DNA of 64,000 nucleotides from Thermoplasmata archaeon (GCA_028864975.1 JAGWLG010000006.1:32001-96000), one strand, 5' to 3'; shown: positions 26,566-34,651, counted from the first letter of the stretch. Translations and numbers: made by a program. The notes: a model not told the origin generated them from the letters alone.

Positions 26566-27587
26566 AGATCGGGGTCCTGACGGGGGGCGGGGACTGCCCC
26601 GGGCTGAATCCCGCCGTGCGGGGAGTGGTCTTCCGGGCCACTGCCCGAGGGCACACGGTCGAAGGGTTCTTGGACGGCTGGAAAGGCCTGATGGAAGGGA
26701 AGAGCGTGCCGTTGGACCGCGCTCGCGTTCGAAACTCCATCGGGAAGGGCGGGACCCTTCTTGGCACCTCGAGGACGAACCCCTTCAAGACCGAGGACGG
26801 TGCGAAGAAGGTCCTGGCTACGCTCGCCTCGAAGGGGATCGATGCCCTGGTGGCGATCGGAGGGGACGATACCTTGACCGCGGGGCGAGAGCTCCTGCGT
26901 CGTGGAGGAAAGGTCGTCGGGGTCCCCAAGACCATGGACAACGACGTGAACGGGACCGACTGGACGTTCGGTTTCGATTCCGCGAGTTCGGTCGCGGTGG
27001 ACGCCCTTGAACGCTTGCGAGACACCGCCGAGAGCCACCACCGGGTGATCGTGCTCGAGGTGATGGGCCGCCACGCGGGATGGGTCGCGCTCGCCACGGG
27101 GCTCGCGGGCGGAGCGGACTACACGCTGCTCCCTGAGGAGCCTTTCAACGAGACCGCATTGGTCCAAGCCGTCCAACGTGCGGTGCGAGAGCGCGGGTAC
27201 GCCCTGGTCGTGGCCTCGGAGGGGACCTCCGTCTCACCCAAGCTCAAGTCGGGGGAGGCCGAGAAGGACGATTTCGGCCACGAGATCCTTCGAGAGAAAG
27301 GGGTGGGACCCTACCTTGCCGGGCTGCTCGAGAAGCGGGCCGGTGTCGAGTGCCGTAGCGCGGTCATAGGGCACATCCAACGGGGAGGGCCGCCCACCCT
27401 GTTCGACCGGTTGCTGGCGACCCGGCTCGGGGTAAAGGCGGTGGACCTGATCGACGCCCAGCAGTTCGGGAAGGTCGCCGTCCTACGCGGAGAAGAGGTG
27501 GTGGGGGTGTCGTTCGACGAGGCGGTGGGGACCTCCAAGCGCGTCGGTGCGTCGTGGCTCGACCTGCTGCATACCTTTGACGGTTGA
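26562..27587 (+). CDS. pfkA: PfkA-family phosphofructokinase, PPi-dependent signature (group III-like)
   Basis: GTG 26562 overlapping pepQ stop; TGGGDCPGLN, GGTLLGTSR, GGDDT, PKTMDND, EVMGRHAGW, GHIQRGG. Confidence 0.92.
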   Translation: MKIGVLTGGGDCPGLNPAVRGVVFRATARGHTVEGFLDGWKGLMEGKSVPLDRARVRNSIGKGGTLLGTSRTNPFKTEDGAKKVLATLASKGIDALVAIGGDDTLTAGRELLRRGGKVVGVPKTMDNDVNGTDWTFGFDSASSVAVDALERLRDTAESHHRVIVLEVMGRHAGWVALATGLAGGADYTLLPEEPFNETALVQAVQRAVRERGYALVVASEGTSVSPKLKSGEAEKDDFGHEILREKGVGPYLAGLLEKRAGVECRSAVIGHIQRGGPPTLFDRLLATRLGVKAVDLIDAQQFGKVAVLRGEEVVGVSFDEAVGTSKRVGASWLDLLHTFDG

Positions 27588-27623
27588 CGGCACATCCGAA
27601 GGTGGCCAGGGGACGGGGTCGCG

Positions 27624-28781
27624 ATGAGCCCAAGCACCAAGGAGATCCGCGGCCCTCGGCCCGGTGCCCGTCAAGAGATGGGGAAGAAGTCTGCCGGCGA
27701 GCGGGTTCGCGCCCTGTGGTGGGAGCGGGGCGCGCTACGTGCGATCGACCAACGACGACTTCCGCGCGAGCTCAAGGTCCTGCGGCTCACCAAGGTCGGT
27801 GAGGTCGCCGACGCGATCCGAACGCTCGCCGTCCGGGGAGCACCGACCATCGGGGTCGCCGCTGCGTACGGTATGGTCCTCGCCTCGCACGACCCGCGAT
27901 GGTCCGCCACGACCGCCGCGCGCCTGTTGGGGTCGACCCGGCCGACCGCGCACGACCTGTTCGTCGGCATTGGGGTGGTGCGTCGGGCCTGGGACGAGGG
28001 AGAGGACCTTCTCGGAGCCGCCGAGGGCTATCGCGACGCGGTGGTAGAGGAGTGCAGGGCGATCGGGAGTGCCGGCGCTCCCCTGGTCGCCCCCCATGCT
28101 CGCGTGCTCACGCACTGCAACGCGGGCGCGCTCGCGACGGTCGAATGGGGGACCGCGCTGGCCCCCGTGCGACTGGCGTACCGCGAGGGGCGCGACCCCT
28201 TTGTCTGGGTGGACGAGACGCGCCCTCTGCTGCAGGGGGCGAGGTTGACCGCATGGGAGCTTGAACAGGAGGGCATTCGACATGCCGTGATCGCGGACAA
28301 CGCCGCCGGCCACTTTCTTCATCGACGCGAGGTGGACCTGGTCATCGTGGGTGCCGACCGGATCACCCGTTCCGGCGACTTCGCGAACAAGGTCGGAACG
28401 TACGAGAAGGCCGTGCTCGCCCATGAGAACGGGGTTCCCTTCTACGTGGCGGCCCCTTGGAGCACCTTCGACCCTCGGTTGGAGAAGGGGGAGGACATCC
28501 CCGTGGAGGAGCGCGCCCGCGAGGAGGTCACCACGTGGGGGCAGGTCGTGACCGCCCCCGAAGGCTCTCCGGCCCGGAACCCCGCCTTCGACGTGACCCC
28601 CTCGAGGTACGTGACCGCCTTCGTCACTCCTGCGGGGCTTGTGTCACCGGGGAGGATCTCGTCCCTGCTTCGGGCGCACCGTCCTGAACGCCCGGTCCAT
28701 GAGCACGGGACCCACTTGGACAGCGTGCGGCTGGACCCGAAGGGCGCCGTGCGACCCCGCCGTGCACGCCTTCGGAGCTGA
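27624..28781 (+). CDS. mtnA: S-methyl-5-thioribose-1-phosphate isomerase
   Basis: VRGAPTIG, RPTA, THCNAGALAT, DETRPLLQGARLTAWEL, ANKVGTY, NPAFDVTP. Confidence 0.93.
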   Translation: MSPSTKEIRGPRPGARQEMGKKSAGERVRALWWERGALRAIDQRRLPRELKVLRLTKVGEVADAIRTLAVRGAPTIGVAAAYGMVLASHDPRWSATTAARLLGSTRPTAHDLFVGIGVVRRAWDEGEDLLGAAEGYRDAVVEECRAIGSAGAPLVAPHARVLTHCNAGALATVEWGTALAPVRLAYREGRDPFVWVDETRPLLQGARLTAWELEQEGIRHAVIADNAAGHFLHRREVDLVIVGADRITRSGDFANKVGTYEKAVLAHENGVPFYVAAPWSTFDPRLEKGEDIPVEERAREEVTTWGQVVTAPEGSPARNPAFDVTPSRYVTAFVTPAGLVSPGRISSLLRAHRPERPVHEHGTHLDSVRLDPKGAVRPRRARLRS

Positions 28782-28786
28782 GCGCG

Positions 28787-29518
28787 ATGCCGACCGACGA
28801 GGACTTAGGGGCCCCGCCGAACGCGACGGAGACCTCTGCGGACGGGCTCGACGCGGCGCCCGGACGCCGGCGCTCCGTCCTGGACCCCGTCGTGGAATAC
28901 TACTCCGCCCGGACCGAGGGGGACCTCCCATGGGAGAGCGGTGACGCGTACCTCCTGGGACAGCTGGGTCGTGCCGCGATCGTCGTCCTTGCCTCGTTCG
29001 GGCTCCTCTACCTTCTGTCCCCTGTCGCGATCCTCGGCACAGGGGCGGCGCTCCGGGTCGGCGTCTCGCTCTGGGGCACCGCCGTCTTCGTCGTGCTTTC
29101 TGTGGTGGCCGCCGTGCTCCTGATCGCGACCGCCCTGTTCGTGGCAAGGTGCCGAAGTCTCCTCTCCCACGCCATGATCCTTCAGACGGACGTCCCGTGG
29201 AGGGAGATGGTGCTGGAAACGGGGAAACGGCTCAAGGCCCTTGGGGTGAAGGCCAAGCGGACACGTCTGCGGGAGCGGGGCCTCGTCGTGGGCTACCGGT
29301 TTCCGGTCCGTTCCGACCTCGCCCCGCTCAAGGTTCTGGGCTCGCCCCTCGGATACATCACGTGGGGTGGCGCGAAGAGCCTCCTCGTCGTTCCCCTCCC
29401 CCTCTTTCGGAACGCTCGCTGGGGCCAGGACATCGACCGCATGGTGCGGGATGTTCTGGCGTGGGAGAGGCCGGACCGGGTCCGGACGCCAGCCACCGCC
29501 TCCTTGGATGAGGAATAG
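28787..29518 (+). CDS. Hypothetical membrane protein (2 TM plus soluble C-domain)
   Basis: Two long hydrophobic segments; starts 5 nt after mtnA stop. Confidence 0.65.
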   Translation: MPTDEDLGAPPNATETSADGLDAAPGRRRSVLDPVVEYYSARTEGDLPWESGDAYLLGQLGRAAIVVLASFGLLYLLSPVAILGTGAALRVGVSLWGTAVFVVLSVVAAVLLIATALFVARCRSLLSHAMILQTDVPWREMVLETGKRLKALGVKAKRTRLRERGLVVGYRFPVRSDLAPLKVLGSPLGYITWGGAKSLLVVPLPLFRNARWGQDIDRMVRDVLAWERPDRVRTPATASLDEE

Positions 29519-29569
29519 CCAAGGTCTCGGTGCCCCTGTGGCTCCTGGCGGCCCTCAAGAAGAGGGGAG

Positions 29570-29674
29570 CGCCCCGATCGGGAGTCTCCGAAGGCGGTTA
29601 GGACCGCCGCCCTCCTTTGAACCCGAGCCCACGGCTCGACAGACCGTGATCCTAGACCACTAGACTATCGGGGC
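29570..29674 (-). tRNA. trnD: tRNA-Asp(GTC) with a 32-nt intron at position 59/60 (intron 29584-29615)
   Basis: Minus strand: GCCCCGA TA GTCT AGTGGTCTA GGAT C ACGGT CTGTCGA GCCGT GGGC TCGGG TTCAAA [GGAGGGCGGCGGTCCTAACCGCCTTCGGAGAC] T CCCGA TCGGGGC G. All four stems pair, discriminator G73, no encoded CCA, BHB motif at the junctions. Confidence 0.93.
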
Positions 29675-29700
29675 GCGAGGCCGCGCAGCCTCACGGACCA

Positions 29701-29706
29701 TAATAA
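29701..29706 (-). promoter_or_regulatory. TATA box (TTATTA) of tRNA-Asp
   Basis: 27-32 nt upstream of tRNA position 1. Confidence 0.65.
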
Positions 29707-29896
29707 GGCCTACGAAGGACATCGATGCGCTCCGCCGACGGTAGGACCCCGAGACGTCGCACGGACCCGTCTCGGACCGCGGCGACGGAGCCGGGGGTTG
29801 AACGGTGGGACGGCCGCGGAGGAGTCCTGCGAGGTCTCGGTTGCCGGTCGAGAAGCCCAGAACCCGGGCCGGAGGAGGATGCAGAGGGGCGGCGTC

Positions 29897-30313
29897 CTAC
29901 GGGAACGAGGGGCTTGCATCCACCTTGAGCGCGTCCTCAGGGTTCTCCAAGGTCTTCTGCGGAGCGACCTTGCGGGGAGCGAGCAGGGAAGGGCTCGCGT
30001 ACCCCGCAGAACGAGCAAGGTCGGGGTGCTTGAGCATGAGTTCGGCCCAGCTCCCGTAGGTTTGCAGGCGGGCGAGCAGCGGGGCGTGGCCGCGGCGTTG
30101 CTCGATCACCGAGTGCACGACCAAGGGGCTAGCCCCCTCCGTCCGGTAGAGCGTGCGGTGGACCGTCAGGGATGCCCCCGTGGGTGGTGGAGAAAGCTCC
30201 GGTCCCGGGTCCACCGGGTCGCTCGCCAGCTGCTCGCCGTCAAGCTCGACGCTGCGGAACGCTTGGCCGTCCGACGTGAAGAACCCGACGGGAAGTCGGT
30301 GGTGTTCGCTCAT
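29897..30313 (-). CDS. Hypothetical protein
   Basis: 138-aa ORF; ATG overlaps the upstream gene stop (ATGA), GGAG-type RBS upstream. Confidence 0.65.
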   Translation of the reverse strand: MSEHHRLPVGFFTSDGQAFRSVELDGEQLASDPVDPGPELSPPPTGASLTVHRTLYRTEGASPLVVHSVIEQRRGHAPLLARLQTYGSWAELMLKHPDLARSAGYASPSLLAPRKVAPQKTLENPEDALKVDASPSFP

Positions 30314-30858
30314 GGTTGTTCCTCTTCCTCGCCCTGGACCTCCTCGATCACGCAGGAAGCGCCGCGTGGACGCCAGGAGGCAGGGCCTCCTGGACTGTCG
30401 GGGACGGCCACCACCTTGATCGGCGGGGTCCGAGGGAGATGCTCAGGGATGGGTGGAGGTCGAAGGAGCTCTCGATGCGAGCTCGCTCGTCGTGAGGCTC
30501 GGGAGGGGAGGGCGCGGCCACCCGCGGCGAAGAGGTCCTGCATCCGCTCGATCGGCAGAGGAGAAGGCGCGGTACGCTCGGTCCGACGGGCCGAAGAACG
30601 GGTGTATGGCTCGATGCCAGACGGCCACGATGGGACGAGGGACCAACCTCCCATGACCGGCATCAGAGCGGGCAGGCGGACCGAGGGCGTGGAAGCTCGC
30701 AGCATGCAGAGCGATCCGTGCGCGAGCGGCTCTTCCGGAAGAGGAGCGGCCACCACGCTTTCGCAGTAGAAGCAGTAGAGGTTCTCGAAGCTCTCGCGCC
30801 GAGTCTGCTCCCCACCGCACTGTGGACACACCCTGGATCCTGGTTCGGTTCTCGACAT
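30310..30858 (-). CDS. Zinc-ribbon protein with Pro-rich C-terminus
   Basis: N-terminal CPQC...CFYC; translationally coupled to next gene. Confidence 0.65.
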   Translation of the reverse strand: MSRTEPGSRVCPQCGGEQTRRESFENLYCFYCESVVAAPLPEEPLAHGSLCMLRASTPSVRLPALMPVMGGWSLVPSWPSGIEPYTRSSARRTERTAPSPLPIERMQDLFAAGGRALPSRASRRASSHRELLRPPPIPEHLPRTPPIKVVAVPDSPGGPASWRPRGASCVIEEVQGEEEEQP

Positions 30859-30973
30859 TCCTACGCTCCCTGGGCCAGGGGACGTGCAAACCTCCGCGAG
30901 GAGGCGGAGGGGAGCACGTGTTCCCGCGTGTGCTCATGGAAATAGGGGAGACCCTTCGATTAAAGGTTGCTAG

Positions 30974-30984
30974 TTTGTAACAAA
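30974..30984. promoter_or_regulatory. Palindrome TTTGT-A-ACAAA in AT-rich divergent intergenic region (putative operator)
   Basis: Perfect 5+5 inverted repeat; 30961-31040 is 32/80 = 40% GC by hand count. Confidence 0.45.
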
Positions 30985-31284
30985 GTGAAGTGGATTGCCG
31001 TCAAAATGTGGCATTGCGAACGAATTACATCGTATCCATCGTGATAGCGCTGCCTTGGTGAGCCTGCGCCCCGGAGGAGCGCACGGCCATCTCTCCGAAT
31101 GGGTACGGGAGACCTTTCCCGACGCTCTGCCATCGCCGGTGACGGCTATCCGATTGGTAAGCGGCCCGTTTTCAACCTGCGAATACGTAGAAGTTGCGGA
31201 GCGAGGATCCGACCTCGAAGGCTGCACGGGCGGTCCGCCGCACGCAGGGCTGACGAGGCCTCGCTCCTATTGGAGGAATCTTTG

Positions 31285-32850
31285 GTGTTCCTAGAGCATC
31301 TGCCCCTCGAGCTCCGAGAATTCCTCTCCATGCCCTCGACTCGGACCTTGCTTGTCCACGGAGGTCCTGGCAGTGGCCGGACCAGCCTCGGTCTGGCCCT
31401 GGCGGTGGCCTCTCCAGGTCGGAAGGTATTCTTCTCCGGACGCAACCCCGCCCAGGAGGTCCGTCGACAGTTCGGATGGCTGGCGGGGCCGGCGGGCCGG
31501 GACGTGGAGTTCCTGGACGAGAGCGAAGCCTTGCTGTCGCGGCCCCAGCATCTGCGCCTGGGTCCCACCCTTCCACGACCCGCCGGTCCGGGACGCCGCC
31601 CTTCCACGCCTCCCCCCCTACCCACGAAGGTCCAGGAGGCGCTGCCCCAGGGGCTTCGTGAGCTCCTCCTTCGCACGAACGAGGCCACGCCCACCATCGT
31701 GGTGCTGGACAGTCTGGAGGCTCTGCTCGAACACGTGCAGCGAGGCTTGAGCCGGGGCCTAAGCCGACCGTTGGGACGGGAGGACATCGCGGCGATGCTC
31801 CTGCAGGGGCTCTCGCGAACCCCGGCGCACTTCGTGCTGCTCTCCGAATCCACGGCGCCCGACCAGACCGACTACCTCGTGGACGGGCTGGTCACGCTGG
31901 ACGAGCGATCGGTCGAGGGCCTGCCGTTGCGACTGCTCACCGTCCAGAAGATGCGGGGCGCCCAGCGCAGCCACTTCCGGTACCCTTTCACGCTCGACGG
32001 GGGGATGTTCCGGACATTATCGCCGTGGGCCCCGCCTCCGCTCTCCCGCGTCGTGCTCCCCGAGCCCGAGCCAGCATCGGCCGCGAGCCCCGCGAACTCG
32101 GACGGGCTCTGGCCCGGATGTCGTGGCTATGCGGACTTCTTCGGGACGCTGGCCCCCGGGCGCCTCACGATCATCGACCAGGAGTCGACCTGCCCCGCCG
32201 AGGCCGGGGAGACGATGATCTATCCCATGGTGGCCCACGTACTTGGGCAGGGGGGACAGGCGCTGTTCATCCCGCCCCCCGTGACCTCGCCGACGGAGGT
32301 GTGGGAGATGCTGCAGAGCACGGTCCCGCGCGAGCGGCTCGTCGAGCAGCTCAAGATCGTGGTCGGCAAGCTGGAGCCCGCGCTCTTGGACGACCATCTG
32401 AGCGCCTTGACGCCGCTGGCCGCAGGTCCGAGCGGCTTAGGGGCGGGCGAGGAGTCCGAGGGGGTTCTGGTGGGAGGACGGACCCGCTCCCCCTCCACGC
32501 TCCGCAGGTTCCTTGGATCGATGGCCGAACGTCCTTCGACCAGCCTGGTCGTGGCGGAACTAGCGGGCATCGAGTCCCTGCTCTCTTCCCTCGAGGGGAC
32601 CCCCTTGTCGTCCGGCGACCTGCCGGTGGTCCTTCGTCGGGTCCTGCTGCGGCGAGGGATGCATGCGGTCATCCTGGGGGACGGCAACGACTCGCGCTTC
32701 CGTGCCCTACGACCCATCGCCCACCGTGAGCTCAGCGTTCGTCTTCACGAAGGTCAGGTCTACGTGTACGGGGTGCGTCCTCGAACGCTCCTCCTAGGAC
32801 TAAGTCACGGAACGGGGATCTCCCCCTACGAGCTCATTCGGATGGCGTGA
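31285..32850 (+). CDS. GvpD/KaiC-like tandem RecA-fold protein
   Basis: GTG 31285 with GGAGG RBS; Walker A GGPGSGRT, Walker B IVVLDS, YLVDGLVTL and QKMRG KaiC motifs; second domain degenerate. Confidence 0.8.
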   Translation: MFLEHLPLELREFLSMPSTRTLLVHGGPGSGRTSLGLALAVASPGRKVFFSGRNPAQEVRRQFGWLAGPAGRDVEFLDESEALLSRPQHLRLGPTLPRPAGPGRRPSTPPPLPTKVQEALPQGLRELLLRTNEATPTIVVLDSLEALLEHVQRGLSRGLSRPLGREDIAAMLLQGLSRTPAHFVLLSESTAPDQTDYLVDGLVTLDERSVEGLPLRLLTVQKMRGAQRSHFRYPFTLDGGMFRTLSPWAPPPLSRVVLPEPEPASAASPANSDGLWPGCRGYADFFGTLAPGRLTIIDQESTCPAEAGETMIYPMVAHVLGQGGQALFIPPPVTSPTEVWEMLQSTVPRERLVEQLKIVVGKLEPALLDDHLSALTPLAAGPSGLGAGEESEGVLVGGRTRSPSTLRRFLGSMAERPSTSLVVAELAGIESLLSSLEGTPLSSGDLPVVLRRVLLRRGMHAVILGDGNDSRFRALRPIAHRELSVRLHEGQVYVYGVRPRTLLLGLSHGTGISPYELIRMA

Positions 32851-33055
32851 GGGGAAACTCGAAACCCACGCGCGGAGGGGCCCTCGTGGCCGACGACGTC
32901 CGTCCGACAGCGCTCGAGTTCGGCCCGTCCCGCTCGCCGCGGACCCGCCTCGGGACGTGCCCTCCCCCTCCCCCATACCCCTACCCCTACTCCGCGCGCG
33001 CGAACGGGCGGGGGGGGGTTCTGAACCGGACCTCGGCTTCGAGTGTTCACCTCGG

Positions 33056-33061
33056 CTTAAA
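33056..33061 (+). promoter_or_regulatory. TATA-like box (CTTAAA) upstream of small ORF 33155
   Basis: AT-rich hexamer followed by a purine-rich leader and AGGAG RBS. Confidence 0.4.
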
Positions 33062-33154
33062 CGTCCCGGGTCGGGTGGATGGAGGTAGCGATCGAAGCGA
33101 ACGTGGAAGAGAAGCCGAACGAAACAACGAGATCAAGAAGGAGATCAAGAGACC

Positions 33155-33301
33155 ATGAGCGCCATGTTGAACCTGGTGGGACTGCTGACCCTACTGTCGA
33201 TGAGCGCCGTACTGCTGAACGGGGCGGGGATACCGGTCGGGGCTATCGCCCACGCGACCGCGGGATATCTCCAAGGGCTCCTCCCGTGGAACCTCCCGTA
33301 A
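33155..33301 (+). CDS. 48-aa hydrophobic small protein
   Basis: MSAMLNLVGLLTLLSMSAVLLNGAGIPVGAIAHATAGYLQGLLPWNLP*; AGGAG RBS; below the ORF-track cutoff. Confidence 0.55.
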   Translation: MSAMLNLVGLLTLLSMSAVLLNGAGIPVGAIAHATAGYLQGLLPWNLP

Positions 33302-33339
33302 GGGACGCAAGACGGGGTCGACCGGACCGCGCTTCCGGT

Positions 33340-33633
33340 CTATTCGGAGGGCGGGGGAGTGACGGGCTTCGGGGCCCCCCGAAGCGCCGGGTGTTCCCTG
33401 GGGGCTGTTCCCGGAGGCATCCCGCTCGCCCCCTCCACGATGTCGAGGTCCTGCCAGTTCACCCCGACGGTGACGACGTGGAACCTGACCTTGAGCGTGT
33501 AGTTGGCGAGCTTCCCTACGACCAACCCTTCGGTCCCCTCGACCAAGCCAGGGTTCATGACCGTCAGGTCCTTGGTGAGACGAACTCGCGTCTCCCCAAA
33601 CTTGACACGAGCCAGCTCACTTCGATCCTTCAT
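33340..33633 (-). CDS. Small beta-barrel (SH3/KOW-like) hypothetical protein
   Basis: MKDRSELARVKFGETRVRLTKDL...GTEGLVVG...LKVRFHVVTVGVNWQDLDIV; start assigned at ATG 33633. Confidence 0.6.
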   Translation of the reverse strand: MKDRSELARVKFGETRVRLTKDLTVMNPGLVEGTEGLVVGKLANYTLKVRFHVVTVGVNWQDLDIVEGASGMPPGTAPREHPALRGAPKPVTPPPSE

Positions 33634-33717
33634 GCTCGGGCGGCTGCCTACCTCGCCTTTAACCCTTTCTTCGCCGAGGGAGGCGGCTCGGTCGAGGATT
33701 GCGAGCGCCGAAAGCCC

Positions 33718-33724
33718 TTTTATG
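33718..33724. promoter_or_regulatory. TATA-like box (TTTTATG) between divergent small genes
   Basis: About 33 nt upstream of ATG 33757 and about 85 nt from ATG 33633. Confidence 0.45.
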
Positions 33725-33756
33725 AACCCCCCCTTCGCCGCTCGGGTAGCATCCTT

Positions 33757-33954
33757 ATGACGGAGGCGGTCCGCAGGACCGACAAGACGGTCCACCTCCG
33801 GATCGACCCGCATGACGAAACCACCACCCTTGAGGACGTCCTCTCCAAGATCACCGAGCTCCAGCGCAAGCACCCCGATCGTGAGGTCTTCTTCGACGGG
33901 GACGAGTACGCGATCTGCTCCCGCCCCAAGCGTCTCCGTCGTCCCGCACGCTGA
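33757..33954 (+). CDS. Small conserved-looking hypothetical protein (65 aa)
   Basis: MTEAVRRTDKTVHLRIDPHDETTTLEDVLSKITELQRKHPDREVFFDGDEYAICSRPK; natural composition, TATA upstream. Confidence 0.7.
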   Translation: MTEAVRRTDKTVHLRIDPHDETTTLEDVLSKITELQRKHPDREVFFDGDEYAICSRPKRLRRPAR

Positions 33955-34651
33955 CCCCACGGCTCCCCTAGGCGCCCCCCTGCTGCTCCTGAATCTCAAG
34001 GCCTACACCGGTTGTCTCGGTCCCGGGGCGATGCGGATGGCCCGGTCGCTGGAGAAGCTCGGGCAGGAGCACCAGGTGGCCGTGGCCATTGCCGCCGCTG
34101 CCCCCGACCTGGGGACGCTCGCCGAAGCGGTCTCCATCCCGGTCCTCGCTCAGCACGCCGACAACCACCCTGCAGGGGCAAGCACAGGCTGGATGGTCCC
34201 GGAGTCGCTCCTCGCCTCCGGGGTCCAGGGCAGCCTGCTCAACCATTCGGAGCATCCCTTGGAACCTCTCGACATGGCGCTCACGGTGGAGCGGCTCACC
34301 GAGGTGGGCCTAACGCCTGTGGTCTGTGCGCGTGAAGAGCAGGAGGCTGCTCTCTTCGCCCAAACGTCACGCCCCCCATACTTGGCGGTCGAGCCCCCCG
34401 AGCTCATTGGGGGCAAGGTCTCGGTCTCCCGGGCAAGGCCTGACATCATCAGCCATTCGGTGCTTTCCGTCCGCCGTGCATCGCCCGGCACCCACGTCCT
34501 ATGCGGCGCGGGAGTGCAGGACGGGGAGGACGTGCGGATCGCCCTCGAGCTGGGAGCGGAGGGGATCCTCGTCGCCAGCGCGGTAACGACCTCGCCCGAC
34601 CCTGAGAAAGCGCTGAAGACGCTCCTCTCGGGCTTCAGCGAACGACGCTAG
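33881..34651 (+). CDS. tpiA: Triosephosphate isomerase (archaeal type)
   Basis: NLKAY (catalytic K), LNHSEH, VEPPELIG, GAGV, GILVAS. Start uncertain; GTG 33881 is the nearest canonical start. Confidence 0.92.
   Translation: MRSSSTGTSTRSAPAPSVSVVPHADPTAPLGAPLLLLNLKAYTGCLGPGAMRMARSLEKLGQEHQVAVAIAAAAPDLGTLAEAVSIPVLAQHADNHPAGASTGWMVPESLLASGVQGSLLNHSEHPLEPLDMALTVERLTEVGLTPVVCAREEQEAALFAQTSRPPYLAVEPPELIGGKVSVSRARPDIISHSVLSVRRASPGTHVLCGAGVQDGEDVRIALELGAEGILVASAVTTSPDPEKALKTLLSGFSERR

Noticed and set aside
33007-33027. G-string next to TTCTGAAC as a possible ORB / replication origin
   Set aside because: No TCCA-x-TGGA core, no repeated ORBs, no cdc6/orc1 gene and no extended AT-rich unwinding element.
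29570-33301. Possible genomic island integrated at tRNA-Asp
   Set aside because: No integrase, no duplicated tRNA 3' end seen, and coding GC matches the rest of the window.
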